A stretch of DNA of 64,000 bases, taken from a virus (Duplodnaviria; Heunggongvirae; Uroviricota; Caudoviricetes). The position numbers were made by a program, and so were the translations under genes. The stretch spans positions 51,048-115,047 of IMG/VR virus record IMGVR_UViG_3300032516_002776. The stretch is one strand, 5' to 3'. Below are positions 18,191-28,726 of this stretch, one piece after another. The stretch's first letter is position 1. The number at the start of each line of letters is the position of its first letter. The notes beneath the pieces were generated by a model. It was not told the origin of the DNA and searched no databases. It saw only the letters and a list, made by a program, of their open reading frames with translations.

Positions 18191-19158
18191 ATAAAAGAAT
18201 CTTCATCGTAATCTTTTTCTGCTATTTCTCCTAAAATATTTTCAAATTTATAAGCAGGTATAGAATTTTCTAAAAATGGTCTTTTTGTGGTTATATTATT
18301 TACGGTGAATATTTCTCCTTTTTTAATAATACACTTTGACACCACCGACCTCATAGCATTAGAAAAGGGCTTTTCTGATTCAGATAAATCGTTAGATTGG
18401 GGAATCATTGATAATTCAGTCTGCACAATCAAATCCACCATCTCTTTTAATTCAGATGGTTCTAAAGCAAATGGGTGGTCGGGACCTGGCAAATGTTTGC
18501 TTAATGTAAAATGTTTCTCTATTGTTGTTGCTCCTAATGCAACAGCAAGAGATGGCGTCAATGTTGATGTTGTATGGTCAGAAAATCCTGTCTTATATCG
18601 AATATCCGCCGCTAAAGTTTTTATTGTAGTCAATCCAATATCTTTCATTGGTGTAGGATAAGCATTATTACAATGTAATAATGTTACATCATTCGTATAT
18701 TTTGACACTAATTTTAATAATTTGTCTAACCATTCATATTTAAATCCTATGCCAAGAGATATAATAAGAGGCAATTTTGCTGAAGCCACCATTTCTACAA
18801 ATCTAAAGTCTGTGGATTCAAATCCTGCTATTTTAAGTTTTTTAACACCCAAATTAACTAATTCTTCTACCGCTTTTTCATCAAACGGAGTGGACATAAA
18901 TTCTATATCAAGAGAATCACAATAATTTTTTAAATCTTTTTGCCATTCTCTTGGCAATTCTATGTTTTTTATTAATTCATTGATGTTTATATATCCAGCA
19001 AAATTTGGTGTATTTTTAACATATAAAGTTTCTGATGAATATGTTTGAAATTTAACAGCAGTAGCACCAGAATTTTTAGCTACATTTATTAATTGTAATG
19101 CTTGATTATAATTTTTATTGTGATTAGCACCCACTTCAGCTATGATAAATGTTTTCAT
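18187..19158 (-). CDS. nonulosonic acid synthase (NeuB/PseI/LegI family) with C-terminal SAF domain
   Basis: FIIAEVGANHNKNYNQALQLINVAKNSGATAVKFQTY matches the E. coli NeuB N-terminus IVAEIGCNHNGSVDIAREMILKAKEAGVNAVKFQTF. Confidence 0.7.
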   Translation of the reverse strand: MKTFIIAEVGANHNKNYNQALQLINVAKNSGATAVKFQTYSSETLYVKNTPNFAGYININELIKNIELPREWQKDLKNYCDSLDIEFMSTPFDEKAVEELVNLGVKKLKIAGFESTDFRFVEMVASAKLPLIISLGIGFKYEWLDKLLKLVSKYTNDVTLLHCNNAYPTPMKDIGLTTIKTLAADIRYKTGFSDHTTSTLTPSLAVALGATTIEKHFTLSKHLPGPDHPFALEPSELKEMVDLIVQTELSMIPQSNDLSESEKPFSNAMRSVVSKCIIKKGEIFTVNNITTKRPFLENSIPAYKFENILGEIAEKDYDEDSFI

Positions 19159-19970
19159 AATATTTTTTCTAACAAGTAATATGCTTCACTAAAGCTATTC
19201 ATACATTGTTTGTTAATTTTAATACAATTTACAAAATACTCAACTTCTTTTATATACATGTCATTGGTTATTATAAAGTCGGTTTTTATGAGTTTATCAT
19301 CAATCAATTGTTCGTAATACCGCGTGTATTTTTCACTTAAATAATTTAAATGTACATGGGCAAGTGTTCCGTTTTCAAATAATATTTCTGAGAGAGACAC
19401 ATCTTCTGTATCAACGGTTTTATCGGATATTTTATAATTTCTAACGGATATGTCTTTGATTTTTCCAAATTTATAATAAAGATAATCAAGTTCATGTATG
19501 GCATCGAGTAATATTCCTCCACCAAGACTTTTATTTGCGCTATATGATGTCAAATAATTAGTATTAGGATGCCATTGGGCCAAGTCATAACCAAAATATA
19601 CATTGATATATTTTGTAGATGGGTTTATGTTTTCTACTTCTGTTGTAAATCTCATATTACAACCAACCATATTGATTATAGAGTTTCGTTCCGCTGACCA
19701 TATTAAGTGGTCTATATTAACTGATTTTTTATTGCAAAATGGTTTTTCACAAAATGTATGTAGACCATTAGAAATGGATAGTATTGTGTGTTCATAATGA
19801 AGACTCGTCGGACTACACACAAAGCAACCATCAAATTTATTACTATCAATAATTGTTTGTATGTTATCAATTTGATCAATATCAACATTTATTGTTGCAT
19901 GCCCAAGAGATAGCAGATTTTTTTCATGCCTTTTGCCTATTGAACCATAACCTATTATTAGAAACTTCAT
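19155..19970 (-). CDS. Gfo/Idh/MocA-family oxidoreductase
   Basis: N-terminal MKFLIIGYGSIGKRH Rossmann fold plus an EKP motif (FCEKPF). Confidence 0.55.
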   Translation of the reverse strand: MKFLIIGYGSIGKRHEKNLLSLGHATINVDIDQIDNIQTIIDSNKFDGCFVCSPTSLHYEHTILSISNGLHTFCEKPFCNKKSVNIDHLIWSAERNSIINMVGCNMRFTTEVENINPSTKYINVYFGYDLAQWHPNTNYLTSYSANKSLGGGILLDAIHELDYLYYKFGKIKDISVRNYKISDKTVDTEDVSLSEILFENGTLAHVHLNYLSEKYTRYYEQLIDDKLIKTDFIITNDMYIKEVEYFVNCIKINKQCMNSFSEAYYLLEKIL

Positions 19971-20665
19971 GGTGTGTTAAAATGATTATATAAGTGTTCT
20001 GCGACTTCAAATTGCCATAACCAATCTATATCAAAGCATTCAATTTCATTCATAATAAAAAACTCTGGATCATTTTTTTCTTTAAATGAACCCATATGTA
20101 TTCCACTATAAAGATCTTCCATTGTGCCAGCATATAAAGAATGCGCGGCTTCATAGCAGATTTCTGTGAATTTAGTTTCTAATGTTGCTAGATATTTATC
20201 TGCGCCAAAAAATTTATTTAGCATTCTTCCATCATTGCCAAACAAAAATGTTTTCTTTTCAAATACACCAAACATTCCACGAGAATCTGATGCACAAAAT
20301 GTATTTGTAAAATTATTTATAGTATTTGGCTTCAACAAAGGATTACAAGCATTAATGATAACATAATATTTAAATGGAAGAGTCTTGTGCCATTCAAATA
20401 CAGATTGTACTGTTACTGGCTCTTGTGTAGATTCTTCACTGCGTATATACCGATTTAATTTATATTTATTTGCTACATCTACTAATTCTTTGTCCATTAT
20501 TGACAAATAGAAATTATCATGTGGTATTATAGTTTTGTTTATTATTTTATTAATAGCAATTTCAAATAGATTTGAATCACAAAATGGACGCAGCATTTTA
20601 TTTGGAACTCTTGTAGATTGAGTCCGTGCTTGAATAATAAATGCTATATCTTTTATATTTTTCAT
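19967..20665 (-). CDS. acylneuraminate cytidylyltransferase-like (CMP-nonulosonic acid synthetase)
   Basis: IAFIIQARTQSTRVPNKML resembles the NeuA/CMP-Kdo synthetase N-terminus IIPARxGSKRxPxKN. Confidence 0.5.
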   Translation of the reverse strand: MKNIKDIAFIIQARTQSTRVPNKMLRPFCDSNLFEIAINKIINKTIIPHDNFYLSIMDKELVDVANKYKLNRYIRSEESTQEPVTVQSVFEWHKTLPFKYYVIINACNPLLKPNTINNFTNTFCASDSRGMFGVFEKKTFLFGNDGRMLNKFFGADKYLATLETKFTEICYEAAHSLYAGTMEDLYSGIHMGSFKEKNDPEFFIMNEIECFDIDWLWQFEVAEHLYNHFNTP

Positions 20666-21282
20666 TGTAGTGCAGTGTTATCACACTTAAAATTTAATAT
20701 TTCTGTTTTTGTTTTTTCATTAACATCTAAATTTATATGTGCGATTAGTTGAGTTCCAGTTATTTGTCTATAATCCTTTATGATAAACTCATCTTTACAT
20801 TTAACCAACCAAAAACATTCTCCACCATAGTCTCCAGTTAAATATTCATGAAATATAAAATTCTTACAACCAAGAGATTTGCAGTGGTCATAAAATAGTT
20901 CTTGATTTCTTTGGTTTTCATACATCATTGTTCCTTGAGTATAAATTAAAAATGAATGTAAATTTTTAAAGTTTTCGTTAGACTTTGAAAGTTCAATAAA
21001 ATCTATAATGCTAGTTTCTGTATATTTTAGACGTTTAAATTGCCGACACCATTTGATAGTTTCATATGGTGTAATATCACACCCCCACAAATCAAACTTA
21101 TCTTTTTCATCAAATGGTATAAAATCTCTGCCGTTAGCGCAACCAAATATCAAAATATTATTAATATAAGGTGGCAGATAATCTACAAGATGATTTACGC
21201 ATTTTTCGCTTTTTTGCAACCAATCTTCTAAGTTACGGCCGGTATAATAACCAATCCATCGTGGACTTTGTGGGTATTTCAT
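20662..21282 (-). CDS. hypothetical protein (possible methyltransferase)
   Basis: A Gly-rich ILIFGCANGRDF segment. The assignment is weak. Confidence 0.3.
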   Translation of the reverse strand: MKYPQSPRWIGYYTGRNLEDWLQKSEKCVNHLVDYLPPYINNILIFGCANGRDFIPFDEKDKFDLWGCDITPYETIKWCRQFKRLKYTETSIIDFIELSKSNENFKNLHSFLIYTQGTMMYENQRNQELFYDHCKSLGCKNFIFHEYLTGDYGGECFWLVKCKDEFIIKDYRQITGTQLIAHINLDVNEKTKTEILNFKCDNTALQ

Positions 21283-22544
21283 ATATTTTTCCTAAAAATT
21301 GCGATGCTTCTTTTTCCTTGTAATACTTTATCAACATTGTTTTGGTTTTCTTCGACAATTTTAAATGCTTCATCCGCCGCATCAATGGTTTTTTGTATAT
21401 CTTTTGTTGTGTGGGAAAATTGAATATATATCACATTTGGAAATAATATGTTTTTCTTAACCATTTCTTGATAGAACAAATCTTTCATCCCCGCCGCGTC
21501 GGAGTGCGTGGTTTCATCAAAGGTTAAATTGTGGCGGGGAGCACTGCCAGCGAAATTAATGTTTAAATTGTGTTTTTTTGCCATTTCTTTAATGCCTACA
21601 TCCAACATATTTCCAAGCTTCCATATTTTGCTATAATCTTTATCATTTTTTAATATTTTGATTGTTTCTATCGCTGCGGCTAGAGAAAGACATTCGCCAC
21701 CAAATGTCATAGAATAAAATACGACATTTAATTCATTCATATATTCTTTTTTGCCGGCAATAGCACTAATTGGCATACCATTTGCCATTGCTTTACCTAA
21801 ACACGCTAAGTCAGGAATAACATTGAAGTGCCCCTGTGCTCCACCCAATGCCCAACGAAATCCTGTTACAACTTCATCAAATATTAACAAAGCTTTATAA
21901 TCAGTACACAATTTTCTTACACCTTCAAGAAATCCTGGGGTTGGTGCTGTTAAACATTGCGGTTCTAAAATAACTCCTGCTACATCACCTTTTTTAAGAA
22001 TGATTTCTAAACTTTCTAGATTATTATATTCAAATGTATCAATAATATCCTTGAGACAAGATGGGATTCCATATGGCCTAAGTGTTATGCCATGCCAATC
22101 GCCCCAACCATGATATCCACACTTTGCTATTCTTTCTTTTTTTGTATAAGACCGAGCAATTCGAACTGCAGCAAGGGTAGAATCAGAACCATTTTTTGCA
22201 AATCTCACTTGTTCTGCACATGGAACTACCTCAGTTATTAATTGTGCTAATTCTTGCTCTAATAGTGTTGGAAGAGAAAAAATTATACCACTTTTAATTT
22301 GTTTTTTTATTGCAGAATTTACTTTGGGGTTATTATAACCTAATATTATAGGCCCAAGTCCGCACATGTAATCTAAAAATTTATTTCCGTTTAAATCAAA
22401 TAAATATGCTCCTTTCCCACGACTAACAAATTTTGGATATACACCATCTACAAATTGGTCGGGACACTTACTCATGGTTTGAGTTCCCCGAGGCATAAGT
22501 CGAACGGCATTTTCCCACAATTGATTTTCGTCTATGGTTTTCAT
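21279..22544 (-). CDS. class III aminotransferase (glutamate-1-semialdehyde aminomutase-like)
   Basis: GKGAYLFDLNGNKFLDYMCGLGPIILGY and DEVVTGFR are hallmarks of the HemL-like family. The ATG at 22544 (MKT...) with a GGAG 7 nt upstream is preferred over the track start at 22559. Confidence 0.6.
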   Translation of the reverse strand: MKTIDENQLWENAVRLMPRGTQTMSKCPDQFVDGVYPKFVSRGKGAYLFDLNGNKFLDYMCGLGPIILGYNNPKVNSAIKKQIKSGIIFSLPTLLEQELAQLITEVVPCAEQVRFAKNGSDSTLAAVRIARSYTKKERIAKCGYHGWGDWHGITLRPYGIPSCLKDIIDTFEYNNLESLEIILKKGDVAGVILEPQCLTAPTPGFLEGVRKLCTDYKALLIFDEVVTGFRWALGGAQGHFNVIPDLACLGKAMANGMPISAIAGKKEYMNELNVVFYSMTFGGECLSLAAAIETIKILKNDKDYSKIWKLGNMLDVGIKEMAKKHNLNINFAGSAPRHNLTFDETTHSDAAGMKDLFYQEMVKKNILFPNVIYIQFSHTTKDIQKTIDAADEAFKIVEENQNNVDKVLQGKRSIAIFRKNI

Positions 22545-22548
22545 ATTA

Positions 22549-23571
22549 TTACTCCGCATCCTTCAATCCCCGAATTATGAGTTCATTCAAGAATTTTTGG
22601 TCGGTATTTAACAACAATTGAGAATTTAATTCAATTCCTGTGTATTTTTTGAATGCATATGATTTTTGTGTATATTGTGGAAGAATGCACAACAATTCTT
22701 CACAATAAAACGATTTGGCTTCTTCATCAAAAGGAATTGTATATGTAAATGGTAATTCTGAATTTGCTAACATATCTTCGTGGAATTTTTCTCCTGGACG
22801 CATACCTATTTCTATATATTTCAATGGTTTCTTTGTAATAAATTCAATTGAATTCATCACATTTTGCATTGTAAATGAATTTAATTTTGGTACAAATACT
22901 TCACCGCCAACTCCCCACATTAAAGAATTTAAAACAGTATTAACAGAATCTTCTAATGTGAATAAGAATCTTGTGCAATCTAAAGATGTAACTTTTATTG
23001 GTTCATTGTTTTCTAAAGCATCTATCCAGATTGGTATAAATGACCCCCGGCTGGCTATTACATTACCATATCGAACAGAAGTAAAAATTGTGGAATGACC
23101 TGCTTTGGAAGAATAATAATCTTGATTTAAAAACATTCTCTCGGCAATAAATTTTGTCGCCCCATATACATTTATTGGCTGACAAGCTTTATCAGTTGAT
23201 ATTAATATACATTTATCTATTTTGTTTAATAAGCAGGCATTTGTAACATTTATGCTACCAAGAATGTTTGTTTTGACCGCTTCATCAGGATAATATTCCA
23301 CATCATCAATTCTTTTTAAAGCGGCAGTGTGAATTACATAGTTTGGCTTATATATGGATAAAGCGTAATTTAGTTTTTCAAAATCTCTAATGTCGCCAAT
23401 AATTCTGATTATATCTTTGTCTTTTCCAAAATAAAGAGATTGTTTGCCCTCATCTCGGCTGTATATTATAATTTCACATTGGAATTTTTTCAGCTTTTTT
23501 ATTAAAGCTCTGCCCAATGAACCTGTTCCACCTGTTATCAATACCTTTTTGTTTTTAAAGAAATTAATCAT
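22549..23571 (-). CDS. UDP-GlcNAc 4,6-dehydratase, PseB/CapD/FlaA1-like
   Basis: KKVLITGGTGSLGRAL Rossmann fold and VRYGNVIASRGS, matching the CapD/PseB signature RYGNVxGSRGSV. Confidence 0.65.
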   Translation of the reverse strand: MINFFKNKKVLITGGTGSLGRALIKKLKKFQCEIIIYSRDEGKQSLYFGKDKDIIRIIGDIRDFEKLNYALSIYKPNYVIHTAALKRIDDVEYYPDEAVKTNILGSINVTNACLLNKIDKCILISTDKACQPINVYGATKFIAERMFLNQDYYSSKAGHSTIFTSVRYGNVIASRGSFIPIWIDALENNEPIKVTSLDCTRFLFTLEDSVNTVLNSLMWGVGGEVFVPKLNSFTMQNVMNSIEFITKKPLKYIEIGMRPGEKFHEDMLANSELPFTYTIPFDEEAKSFYCEELLCILPQYTQKSYAFKKYTGIELNSQLLLNTDQKFLNELIIRGLKDAE

Positions 23572-24703
23572 ATAAATTTTCTATTTCATCCACAATTCTA
23601 TTTGATGCTTTGCCGTCATTAAATTCATCAAATAATGCCAAAACATTCTTTTGATTTTCATTAAATTTTGAATCTAACCAATATAGTGTATCATCGAAAG
23701 CAATCATATTCAACTTAATATAATCATATAATTTATTTATATTATTATAAAATGCTTTAATTTTATTTGGATCTATTTTTTCACAAAATTCATCCCAAGT
23801 TTTTATCTTTAATATTTTTGACCAAAAATCAAAACGGCCAGCCGTGTTCCACGACTCAAGTGCGAAGTCAGTCATTAATCCAGATTCTTTTGAATCTATA
23901 ATAACTACATTTTTATTCATTATTAATGGGTAGTAAATGACAGAACTAAATATGGAGACATGGAAATCACATTCTTTTATCTTTTTTATCAAATCTTCTT
24001 CTAATAATATCAATTCAACATTTGGAAAATCCTTAAATTTAGCAAACTCACTTGGATGCGGGCGGTAATATATTTTCACATCCGTTTTGCTGTTTACCAG
24101 ATTTAATTTTTCTATTATTTTTGGACGCATATTCGTTTCACATGACCCATAAAAAATTACACTTTTATTTCCCACTGCTGAAGTAATTGGAGAATTTATA
24201 ATGTTGTCATATTTTGGATTTCCGGTGATTTTAGTTTTGTGTTTTATAAACCCACCATCTACTTTTGTTTTAAATGTGTGTTGGCTATGGTCAAAATATG
24301 CATCTATTAAATTTTTAGGAAATTGAAATCTACTTAAAATTTCAAGTCGAGTAGAAATGTTGTTGTAAAGCCAAGATGAGTTCTCCACACAGCATACAAT
24401 ACAATCCTTAATTTTTAATTCTTGGATAATAGATGTTTCTGGTTCCCAGGCATCTCTAGTTGTCAAAAAAATGTCAGGTTTAAATGGTAAATTAAAATTG
24501 AATGTTTTTAGTAAAAATTCTTGTTTGTATTCTACATTTGAATCAAAGTTATAGTTAGAAACATCAAAGCATGGCGAAACAGTATTACTATATAAATAAA
24601 AATAATTAAAAGTGTCTCTTTTTTTTATTTCGAAGACAACATTTACTATCTCTCTATGACTCCGCTCATCGGAGGCAAATATGAATATATTTTTTTTGCT
24701 CAT
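23564..24703 (-). CDS. hypothetical protein (glycan cluster)
   Basis: 379 aa, no secure motif. The size is compatible with a GT-B-fold sugar-processing enzyme. Confidence 0.35.
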   Translation of the reverse strand: MSKKNIFIFASDERSHREIVNVVFEIKKRDTFNYFYLYSNTVSPCFDVSNYNFDSNVEYKQEFLLKTFNFNLPFKPDIFLTTRDAWEPETSIIQELKIKDCIVCCVENSSWLYNNISTRLEILSRFQFPKNLIDAYFDHSQHTFKTKVDGGFIKHKTKITGNPKYDNIINSPITSAVGNKSVIFYGSCETNMRPKIIEKLNLVNSKTDVKIYYRPHPSEFAKFKDFPNVELILLEEDLIKKIKECDFHVSIFSSVIYYPLIMNKNVVIIDSKESGLMTDFALESWNTAGRFDFWSKILKIKTWDEFCEKIDPNKIKAFYNNINKLYDYIKLNMIAFDDTLYWLDSKFNENQKNVLALFDEFNDGKASNRIVDEIENLYD

Positions 24704-25581
24704 TTTAATTTATTTTGAAAATCTATTTGTAAATTTTTTCTGAATATATTATACCATATTTGGATATCATACATTAATTTGTTAAGTATATCAACATTAT
24801 TACAAAGGTCCATCATAATTTTGGGACATTCATTCCATTCGTTTACAACTATAAATGGAATATTATCTCCATAAACATGTTTATAATAGTTAATGCCATC
24901 AAAATTGGGGTATTTTTTTACTATAGGAACACACCCCCATTCCAATGCTTCATTAATTCTAAAACTATCAGGATTAAGCCAACCCATTGGACATGGAACA
25001 AAAAATGTTTTTTTATAGATTTCAATACTTTTCTCTACTGATAATGATGTTGGGCAATCCCATTGTGATGTTGAATGTACAAAATGTGGGCCAATTGTTT
25101 TTAAATGGTCATACATAAATACTCTATCACTTTTTCCAACTTGTCCTATAAATGCCCAAAGGTATTCTTTATTATTTGCATGAAACAATCCTTCTCTATC
25201 TTCATTTAAGAAACCTGTTTTATATCCCAACGGAATTGTTGTGACATTATCAAATGCATCGGTTTTTGGATCATAATATTCTCTAAATACATGTTTTGCA
25301 TTTTTATAATGAGTAAAATCATGCTCATTTCTAGCTTCATTTGAAGTGTGAATTATATAATACTTATACTTTAATTCATCATATTTTTTAAAGTATTCTT
25401 CTAATTTTTTAGGCAAATCATTACAACATGAATATACTATAATAGAATCGTCTAAAAATACTTTACATTCTCCGCCGTCAAAAATTTCTTTGTAATCTAT
25501 TCCTTTTAATAAAAAATCTTTGATATATTGTAATGAAAATTGTTCATCACCAATTTTAGTTTGCCAAATTAAATTTTTCAT
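24700..25581 (-). CDS. hypothetical protein (glycan cluster)
   Basis: 293 aa, overlapping both neighbours. Confidence 0.4.
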   Translation of the reverse strand: MKNLIWQTKIGDEQFSLQYIKDFLLKGIDYKEIFDGGECKVFLDDSIIVYSCCNDLPKKLEEYFKKYDELKYKYYIIHTSNEARNEHDFTHYKNAKHVFREYYDPKTDAFDNVTTIPLGYKTGFLNEDREGLFHANNKEYLWAFIGQVGKSDRVFMYDHLKTIGPHFVHSTSQWDCPTSLSVEKSIEIYKKTFFVPCPMGWLNPDSFRINEALEWGCVPIVKKYPNFDGINYYKHVYGDNIPFIVVNEWNECPKIMMDLCNNVDILNKLMYDIQIWYNIFRKNLQIDFQNKLK

Positions 25582-26450
25582 AAAATATTCCTTTTTGGGG
25601 GGATAACAAAGCCCACTTCATCTCGAATATCTATCTGTCCCCATTTTTGTATAAATCTCTTTCGATTTCTTTGTTCATAGTACATTTGTTTTTTAGATTG
25701 TTCATTTACTGTTTCTTCTGGAAAATGTCCATTTGCAGAGCGACTTCCAAAATGATACACAATAGATTTGGTAGTTAATACAAATTTGTAATCTTTAAGT
25801 TGCATTCTTATGAATAAATCCAAATCGTCAAAGGATAATGGATTAAAAATTGGATCGTTTCCACCAATAAAATCCCAATCTTTTTTGCGTATTAAACCAG
25901 ACACACCTTGTCCAATACGAATTTCTATATCATTTAATTTTTTAAATTCATTAGCATATTCAATAAAATATGATTCATTAAAATTATGATAAAATTCTCC
26001 AAAGGTATCGTTTGGAACAATCAATGTGTCAGGCCTGCTATTTTCTTTAAATACATTTGGTTGTATTCTATAACTTGACACCCACATCGGTATATTTGGG
26101 TATTTTTTAAATATTTTCAGTGCTTCTAAATCCCAATCCGTAGATACAAAAAAGTCTGCATGTAAAAACATAATGAATTCAGTAAGAACCTTTTCTGCGC
26201 AAAAATTCATCCCACCACCAATACCTTTTGTGGTATCTTCAGAATTATCTTCAGTAAATATAGTTAAATTGTACTTGTCTTTATTTTCCTGTAACCATTT
26301 GTAAGTTTCGTCTTTATTACAATTTTCAGCAAATACAATAAAAGGCGCATCCTTGAAATGAGAATAAGTTCGTACAGAGTGAACGGCTAACTTTAGATAG
26401 TTCAAATTATTACTACACCCAATACAAAATGTTAATGGACTATTTTTCAT
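25578..26450 (-). CDS. glycosyltransferase family 2
   Basis: N-terminal LTFCIGCSNNLNYLKLAVHSV GT-A pattern and an acidic FLHADFFV segment. Confidence 0.5.
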   Translation of the reverse strand: MKNSPLTFCIGCSNNLNYLKLAVHSVRTYSHFKDAPFIVFAENCNKDETYKWLQENKDKYNLTIFTEDNSEDTTKGIGGGMNFCAEKVLTEFIMFLHADFFVSTDWDLEALKIFKKYPNIPMWVSSYRIQPNVFKENSRPDTLIVPNDTFGEFYHNFNESYFIEYANEFKKLNDIEIRIGQGVSGLIRKKDWDFIGGNDPIFNPLSFDDLDLFIRMQLKDYKFVLTTKSIVYHFGSRSANGHFPEETVNEQSKKQMYYEQRNRKRFIQKWGQIDIRDEVGFVIPPKRNIL

Positions 26451-27154
26451 ATGTTACTTTTTATTGGCACTAAATCACAACCATAGTTCGGAGTCTGATA
26501 GCTAATCATATCATTTCTTATCCACAAAGAATCACACTGCCATCCCCAATCTACAAAATTTAATAAAGTAAATCCGTTTTGTGATAAAAATATACATGTA
26601 TCTTGAAATACATCTTTTTGACCTTCAAATGATAAGCCTCTTTCATTCTCTACTTGAACACTTTTTATTATAGATATTTTGTTACCAAACCCCTTTAATA
26701 CTTCTAATGTAAATCCCTCTACATCAATTTTACACAAATCAATTGATTCAATTTGATAATGATTTATAAAACTATCCATTCTCATCGTATCTGCTTCAAC
26801 TTCTATAAAATCGGTTGGTGATAAGTTAACTTTCTTTTTGAAAGATGAAGAACCTGGCTCTGTTCGCGAACAATTAAATGTTTGTTTTCCTGTTTTATCA
26901 GATATAGCTATATTAAAATTATTAAATCCACTGTGATTCTTTTCTAAAATAGGAAATATATATGGATTTGGTTCAAAACAGAATACATTTGCGGGATCTA
27001 TATCAAAACATTCTCTTAAATATTCTGCATCATTTCCATTGTTAGCACCAATTTCAAATACATTTTTGGGTTGTATTTTTGTTCTTTGTGTAATGAAATT
27101 TGGATATAAGTCTATTTCAAATCTCATAGGTCCCTTATATTTAAATTCTCCCAT
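26447..27154 (-). CDS. FkbM-family methyltransferase
   Basis: The VFEIGANNGNDAEYL motif. It is a paralog-type repeat of the 10926..11546 product. Confidence 0.5.
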   Translation of the reverse strand: MGEFKYKGPMRFEIDLYPNFITQRTKIQPKNVFEIGANNGNDAEYLRECFDIDPANVFCFEPNPYIFPILEKNHSGFNNFNIAISDKTGKQTFNCSRTEPGSSSFKKKVNLSPTDFIEVEADTMRMDSFINHYQIESIDLCKIDVEGFTLEVLKGFGNKISIIKSVQVENERGLSFEGQKDVFQDTCIFLSQNGFTLLNFVDWGWQCDSLWIRNDMISYQTPNYGCDLVPIKSNI

Positions 27155-27156
27155 GA

Positions 27157-28032
27157 TTATATCTCCTCCATTTTGTTTCTTACTATATCAGCCACATCTA
27201 TTGCTCTTATAGATTCCGCTACGCTTTTGTTGTAACTGGTTTTATAATAGTGTTTATGTAGCAATGGTGATATAACTTTAGTTACGATGCCATAATCTTC
27301 TATTTCCCATGGAGATGTGCAAGTAAACATTGTTATACATGGTATTTTATGTGCGATGCATACATGCATCGGTAAACTATCGCTGCATATTACAAGTTTG
27401 TGGCCTGTTAAATCCGCTATATATTGTTTAATGGTTTTTCTTCGTTTTAAATAGTTGATTTTATATCCATAAACTTCTAATATACTTTCCAATTCTTTCA
27501 TATGTGCCCAATTTTTAGTTGGCCAAACAGAACTATCTGATATTACCATTCCTATATCTCCTGCAAATTTTCTATCAGATACATTATATGTTGGTTTATA
27601 ATACTTTTCACCATTAAATTTCTTTCCAACCATCGTTGCAACAATCTCTTGATAAGATCTTCTATTGGAAAATTTTATTGCATCCGATGTTTCTTTTCCT
27701 AACACGCTAATTCGGCTCATATTAAACCATTCTGATGAATCTAAAGTATATGTCAAAACCTTTTGATTTAATAGATATGGACCTATATAAGAATCGGCTT
27801 TAATACCACTTGTTGCCGATACAAATATATTTTTATCTTCTTCTAAATTAATAACCAAATCATAATGTTTGGAATCATATTGCTTAGGATTAGTATATAC
27901 AATTCCATCAACCAAACAAGCATTTTCTTTAGTGGTAAACCAATGAATTTCATCCTTGCTAAGCAATTTTGATAAAAATGTGGTTCTTAGAACATCCCCT
28001 GATGCTCCCGTCTTTATTATCAATATTTTCAT
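27157..28032 (-). CDS. glycosyltransferase family 9 (heptosyltransferase-like)
   Basis: MKILIIKTGASGDVLRTTFLSKLL matches the GT9 N-terminus MKILVIRxxxLGDVLxTTP. Confidence 0.55.
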   Translation of the reverse strand: MKILIIKTGASGDVLRTTFLSKLLSKDEIHWFTTKENACLVDGIVYTNPKQYDSKHYDLVINLEEDKNIFVSATSGIKADSYIGPYLLNQKVLTYTLDSSEWFNMSRISVLGKETSDAIKFSNRRSYQEIVATMVGKKFNGEKYYKPTYNVSDRKFAGDIGMVISDSSVWPTKNWAHMKELESILEVYGYKINYLKRRKTIKQYIADLTGHKLVICSDSLPMHVCIAHKIPCITMFTCTSPWEIEDYGIVTKVISPLLHKHYYKTSYNKSVAESIRAIDVADIVRNKMEEI

Positions 28033-28724
28033 TATCTTGTAACTTTATAACCCTTGTTCTCTTCAACTGTGAACAATTTATTATAACGCAAATTTGTTTC
28101 CATTTGCTTTTCCATCGTCTTTCGATGATACAACGCAAGTTCTTCTTCTTTCGGAAGATGTGCGAATGTTTTATGCCCAATGATTTTTTCATGTAAGCGC
28201 CCTTCCCATTTTATATTAGGCAAGTTTTTGAAAATTCGTGTTTGATAATCGCCTCCATTCCAATTTACCCATTTACCAGGATTATTTATATCCCACCCCC
28301 ACATTTTTGCATGCTGTTCTGTAACGCCCTCATACATATTTATTCGTGGAATCCAAAACAATTCTGTTGCTGGATTTTCTTTTAATATATCCGGCAAGTC
28401 TTCTAAAAGCGATTCTGCTGGTAATTCATCAGCATCAATTTGAAAGATATATTCTCCCTTACAAAGTGATTTGCCATAATTCTTGTGTTCTCCGTAATTA
28501 TTGTTTAGAGCGTGTTGATGGACTGTAAAATTTGGTTTTAATGTCATTGGATGTACAACAGAACATTTGCTTAATACTTCCTTCGTATTTATATCATCAC
28601 TAAAGTCATCCAATACAATGATTTCACCATCTGTATTATATTTGCATAACAAAGATAGTAAATCTTTTAATTGTTTACTTTCATTGTGACATGTGACCAA
28701 ATAACTTATAAATGGATTATTCAT
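28032..28724 (-). CDS. glycosyltransferase family 2
   Basis: YLVTCHNESKQLKDLLSLL and the DxD-like VLDDFSDD. Its first 29 nt are duplicated 661 bp upstream. Confidence 0.55.
   Translation of the reverse strand: MNNPFISYLVTCHNESKQLKDLLSLLCKYNTDGEIIVLDDFSDDINTKEVLSKCSVVHPMTLKPNFTVHQHALNNNYGEHKNYGKSLCKGEYIFQIDADELPAESLLEDLPDILKENPATELFWIPRINMYEGVTEQHAKMWGWDINNPGKWVNWNGGDYQTRIFKNLPNIKWEGRLHEKIIGHKTFAHLPKEEELALYHRKTMEKQMETNLRYNKLFTVEENKGYKVTR
28696..28724. repeat. 29-bp perfect direct repeat, copy A (ACCAAATAACTTATAAATGGATTATTCAT)
   Basis: Identical to 29359..29387. Copy A is the start codon plus the first 9 codons of the GT2 gene (minus strand). Confidence 0.8.
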
Positions 28725-28726
28725 GA